64,000 nt of DNA, from contig JAZKBG010000005.1 of the NCBI GenBank assembly GCA_040388765.1, positions 17,045-81,044 on the forward strand, read 5' to 3'. Both the position numbers and the translations under genes were made by a program. This document shows, piece by piece, positions 61,795 through 64,000 of this stretch (positions are counted from its first letter, which is position 1; each line of letters starts with the position of its first letter). Under the pieces are notes generated by a model, which saw only the letters and a list, made by a program, of their open reading frames with translations, did not search any database and was not told the origin of the DNA. The stretch comes from Pseudomonadota bacterium (GTDB lineage Bacteria; Pseudomonadota; Alphaproteobacteria; Sphingomonadales; Sphingomonadaceae).

Positions 61795-63996
61795 ATGGCC
61801 ATCACGATCCGCAAGTCGCTCGCCGAGCCCGAAACCGACCAGTCGTTCGTCCCCCATCGCCCTGCGCGGCCGCCCAAGGCCGAAGGCGGCCGGCGGTTCG
61901 AGATCGTCAGCGACTATACGCCGTCGGGCGACCAGCCGACCGCGATCAAGGAACTGGTCGAACAGGTCGAGGCGGGCGAGCGTGACCAGGTGCTGCTGGG
62001 CGTCACGGGTTCGGGCAAGACCTTCACCGTCGCCAAGGTGATCGAGGCGGTGCAGCGGCCTGCGCTGGTGCTCGCCCCGAACAAGATCCTCGCCGCGCAG
62101 TTGTATGGCGAGTTCAAGTCGTTCTTCCCGAACAACGCGGTCGAATATTTCGTCAGCTATTACGATTACTACCAGCCCGAGGCGTACGTCCCGCGCTCCG
62201 ACACCTTCATCGAGAAGGAATCGAGCACCAACGAGGCGATCGACCGGATGCGCCATTCGGCGACGCGCGCGCTGCTGGAGCGCGACGACGTCATCATCAT
62301 CGCCTCGGTCTCGTGCCTCTACGGCATCGGATCGGTCGAAACCTATTCGGCGATGATCTTCGACCTGAAGAAAGGCCAGGTCGTCGACCAGCGCGAGATC
62401 GTCCGCAAGCTCGTCGCGCTGCAATACAAGCGCAACGATGCCGCGTTCCAGCGCGGCAATTTCCGTGTGCGCGGCGACGCGCTGGAGCTGTTCCCGTCGC
62501 ATTACGACGACACCGCGTGGCGCATCTCGTTCTTCGGCGACGATATCGAGGAGATCGTCGAGTTCGACCCGCTGACCGGCAGGAAGATCGCCAGTCTCGA
62601 TTCGATCCGCGTCTATGCCAATTCGCACTACGTCACGCCCGGTCCGACGCTGAAGCAGGCGATGGAAGCGATCAAGTTCGAGCTCGCCGACCGGCTGCAG
62701 GAGCTGGTGGGCGAGGGAAAATTGCTCGAGGCGCAGCGGCTCGAACAGCGCACGAACTTCGACCTCGAGATGATCGCCGCGACCGGCAGTTGCGCGGGCA
62801 TCGAGAACTACAGCCGCTTCCTGACCGGCCGCATGCCGGGCGAACCGCCGCCGACGCTGTTCGAGTACCTCCCCGAAAACGCATTGCTGTTCGTCGATGA
62901 AAGCCACCAGACGATCGGCCAGATCAACGGCATGTCGCGCGGCGATCACCGGCGGAAACTGACGCTGGCCGAATATGGCTTCCGCCTGCCGTCCGCGATC
63001 GACAACCGCCCCTTACGCTTCAACGAATGGGAGGCGATGCGCCCGCAGACGACCTATGTCTCCGCGACGCCGGGCGAGTGGGAGATGAACCAGACCGGCG
63101 GCGTGTTCGCCGAACAGGTCATCCGCCCAACCGGACTGATCGATCCGCCCGTCGAAATCCGCCCGGTCGAGGAGCAGGTCCAGGACCTGATCCAGGAGTG
63201 CAAGAAGACCACCGCAATGGGCTACCGCACCCTCGTCACCACGCTGACCAAGCGGATGGCCGAGGACCTGACTGAATATATGCACGAGGCGGGGCTGAAG
63301 GTCCGCTACATGCACAGCGACGTCGAGACACTGGAGCGCATCGAGCTGATCCGCGACCTGCGGCTCGGCGTGTACGACGTGCTGATCGGCATCAACCTGT
63401 TGCGCGAAGGGCTCGACATCCCCGAATGCGGGCTGGTCGCGATCCTCGATGCCGACAAGGAAGGCTTCCTGCGCAGCGAGACCTCGCTGATCCAGACGAT
63501 CGGCCGCGCCGCGCGCAACGTCGAGGGGCGCGTGATCCTCTACGCCGATCGCATGACCGGCAGCATGGAGCGCGCGCTCAACGAAACCAACCGCCGCCGC
63601 GAGAAACAGACGGCGTACAACACCGAACACGGCATCACCCCGACGACGATCAAGCGCGATATCGGCGACATCATCGCGCATGTCGCGTCGCAGGACCAGG
63701 TGACGGTCGAGATCGACGCGGACCGCCCGCACATGGTCGGCCACAACTTACGCGCCTACATCGAGAGCTTGGAGAAGCGCATGCGCGACGCCGCCGCCAA
63801 CCTGGAATTCGAGGAAGCCGGGCGTCTCCGCGACGAGATCCGCGGGCTGGAGCAGGAGGAACTCGGCCTCCCCGACGCCGAGCGCAGCGCCGCGCCGATC
63901 ATGGGGCGGAGCAACGAGGGCAAGCCCGGCACACGCAAGACGCGCTATGGCAAGAGCCAGAAGATGCGGATGGGGGGTGGTCGGAAGGGGCGCTGA
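61795..63996 (+). CDS. uvrB: Excinuclease ABC subunit B
   Basis: [14 protein letters not shown], Walker [27 protein letters not shown] box, helicase motifs, C-terminal UVR domain ([13 protein letters not shown]). Start placed at ATG 61795 (the tracked ORF starts at 61669). Confidence 0.95.
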   Translation: MAITIRKSLAEPETDQSFVPHRPARPPKAEGGRRFEIVSDYTPSGDQPTAIKELVEQVEAGERDQVLLGVTGSGKTFTVAKVIEAVQRPALVLAPNKILAAQLYGEFKSFFPNNAVEYFVSYYDYYQPEAYVPRSDTFIEKESSTNEAIDRMRHSATRALLERDDVIIIASVSCLYGIGSVETYSAMIFDLKKGQVVDQREIVRKLVALQYKRNDAAFQRGNFRVRGDALELFPSHYDDTAWRISFFGDDIEEIVEFDPLTGRKIASLDSIRVYANSHYVTPGPTLKQAMEAIKFELADRLQELVGEGKLLEAQRLEQRTNFDLEMIAATGSCAGIENYSRFLTGRMPGEPPPTLFEYLPENALLFVDESHQTIGQINGMSRGDHRRKLTLAEYGFRLPSAIDNRPLRFNEWEAMRPQTTYVSATPGEWEMNQTGGVFAEQVIRPTGLIDPPVEIRPVEEQVQDLIQECKKTTAMGYRTLVTTLTKRMAEDLTEYMHEAGLKVRYMHSDVETLERIELIRDLRLGVYDVLIGINLLREGLDIPECGLVAILDADKEGFLRSETSLIQTIGRAARNVEGRVILYADRMTGSMERALNETNRRREKQTAYNTEHGITPTTIKRDIGDIIAHVASQDQVTVEIDADRPHMVGHNLRAYIESLEKRMRDAAANLEFEEAGRLRDEIRGLEQEELGLPDAERSAAPIMGRSNEGKPGTRKTRYGKSQKMRMGGGRKGR

Positions 63997-64000
63997 TCTT

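Noticed and set aside
1-64000. CRISPR arrays, tRNA/rRNA/tmRNA genes, riboswitches (for example B12 upstream of the TonB receptors), prophage or defence-system genes
   Set aside because: I saw no regularly spaced direct repeats, no tRNA-like T-arm/acceptor patterns, no B12-box, and no nuclease, ATPase, methylase, integrase or phage structural gene signatures. This was by eye only, so an Infernal/tRNAscan/PADLOC run would be the decisive check.

Overview
High-GC alphaproteobacterial chromosome segment. The style looks Sphingomonadaceae (three TonB-dependent receptors, scattered Rieske-oxygenase components, DUF4142, MipA), but that is inference only. No rRNA, tRNA or CRISPR array was recognised. 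Gene order from left to right: (1) an EmrA/EmrB/OMF tripartite efflux operon on the minus strand, 1-3386. (2) A 16.2-kb LacI-controlled island, 3593-19396: TonB receptor, four alpha/beta-hydrolase or esterase genes, two GH1, a GH42, a trehalase and an MFS permease, almost all joined by overlapping stop/start codons. A perfect 23-bp direct repeat that contains the marR start codon brackets the whole island. (3) marR, an ABC1/UbiB-like kinase and an orphan MlaD protein. (4) A low-GC TonB receptor plus MipA module. (5) A nest of insertion sequences, 26728-29941: an IS3-family element inside an IS481-family element, next to an IS3 relic. (6) A roughly 21-kb aromatic catabolic supercluster, 30210-51348. 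One module has an HpaBC-type monooxygenase, MhpB/MhpC-like meta-cleavage genes, an embedded TonB receptor and a ferredoxin reductase. A second, nine-gene translationally coupled operon encodes an MCP hydrolase, a two-subunit LigAB-type extradiol dioxygenase, Rieske dioxygenase alpha and beta subunits, an acyl-CoA synthetase, the acetaldehyde dehydrogenase and aldolase, and a Rieske ferredoxin. Also present are a second CoA ligase, a quinone oxidoreductase, IclR and TetR regulators, a BphB-like dehydrogenase and a hydratase. (7) A frameshifted IS110 relic, a 1.15-kaa indolepyruvate:ferredoxin oxidoreductase, a diverged IS481 fragment abutting a decayed OMF pseudogene, a TetR-P450 pair, DUF4142, a broken PAS gene and uvrB. 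The best candidates for something new are the CoA-ligase-coupled Rieske dioxygenase / meta-cleavage operon, the esterase-rich glycoside island with its bracketing repeat, and the two uncharacterised 455/466-aa hydrolase paralogues. I found no defence-system, prophage or secretion-system hallmarks. All family calls come from motif and sequence recognition by eye. No database search was run.
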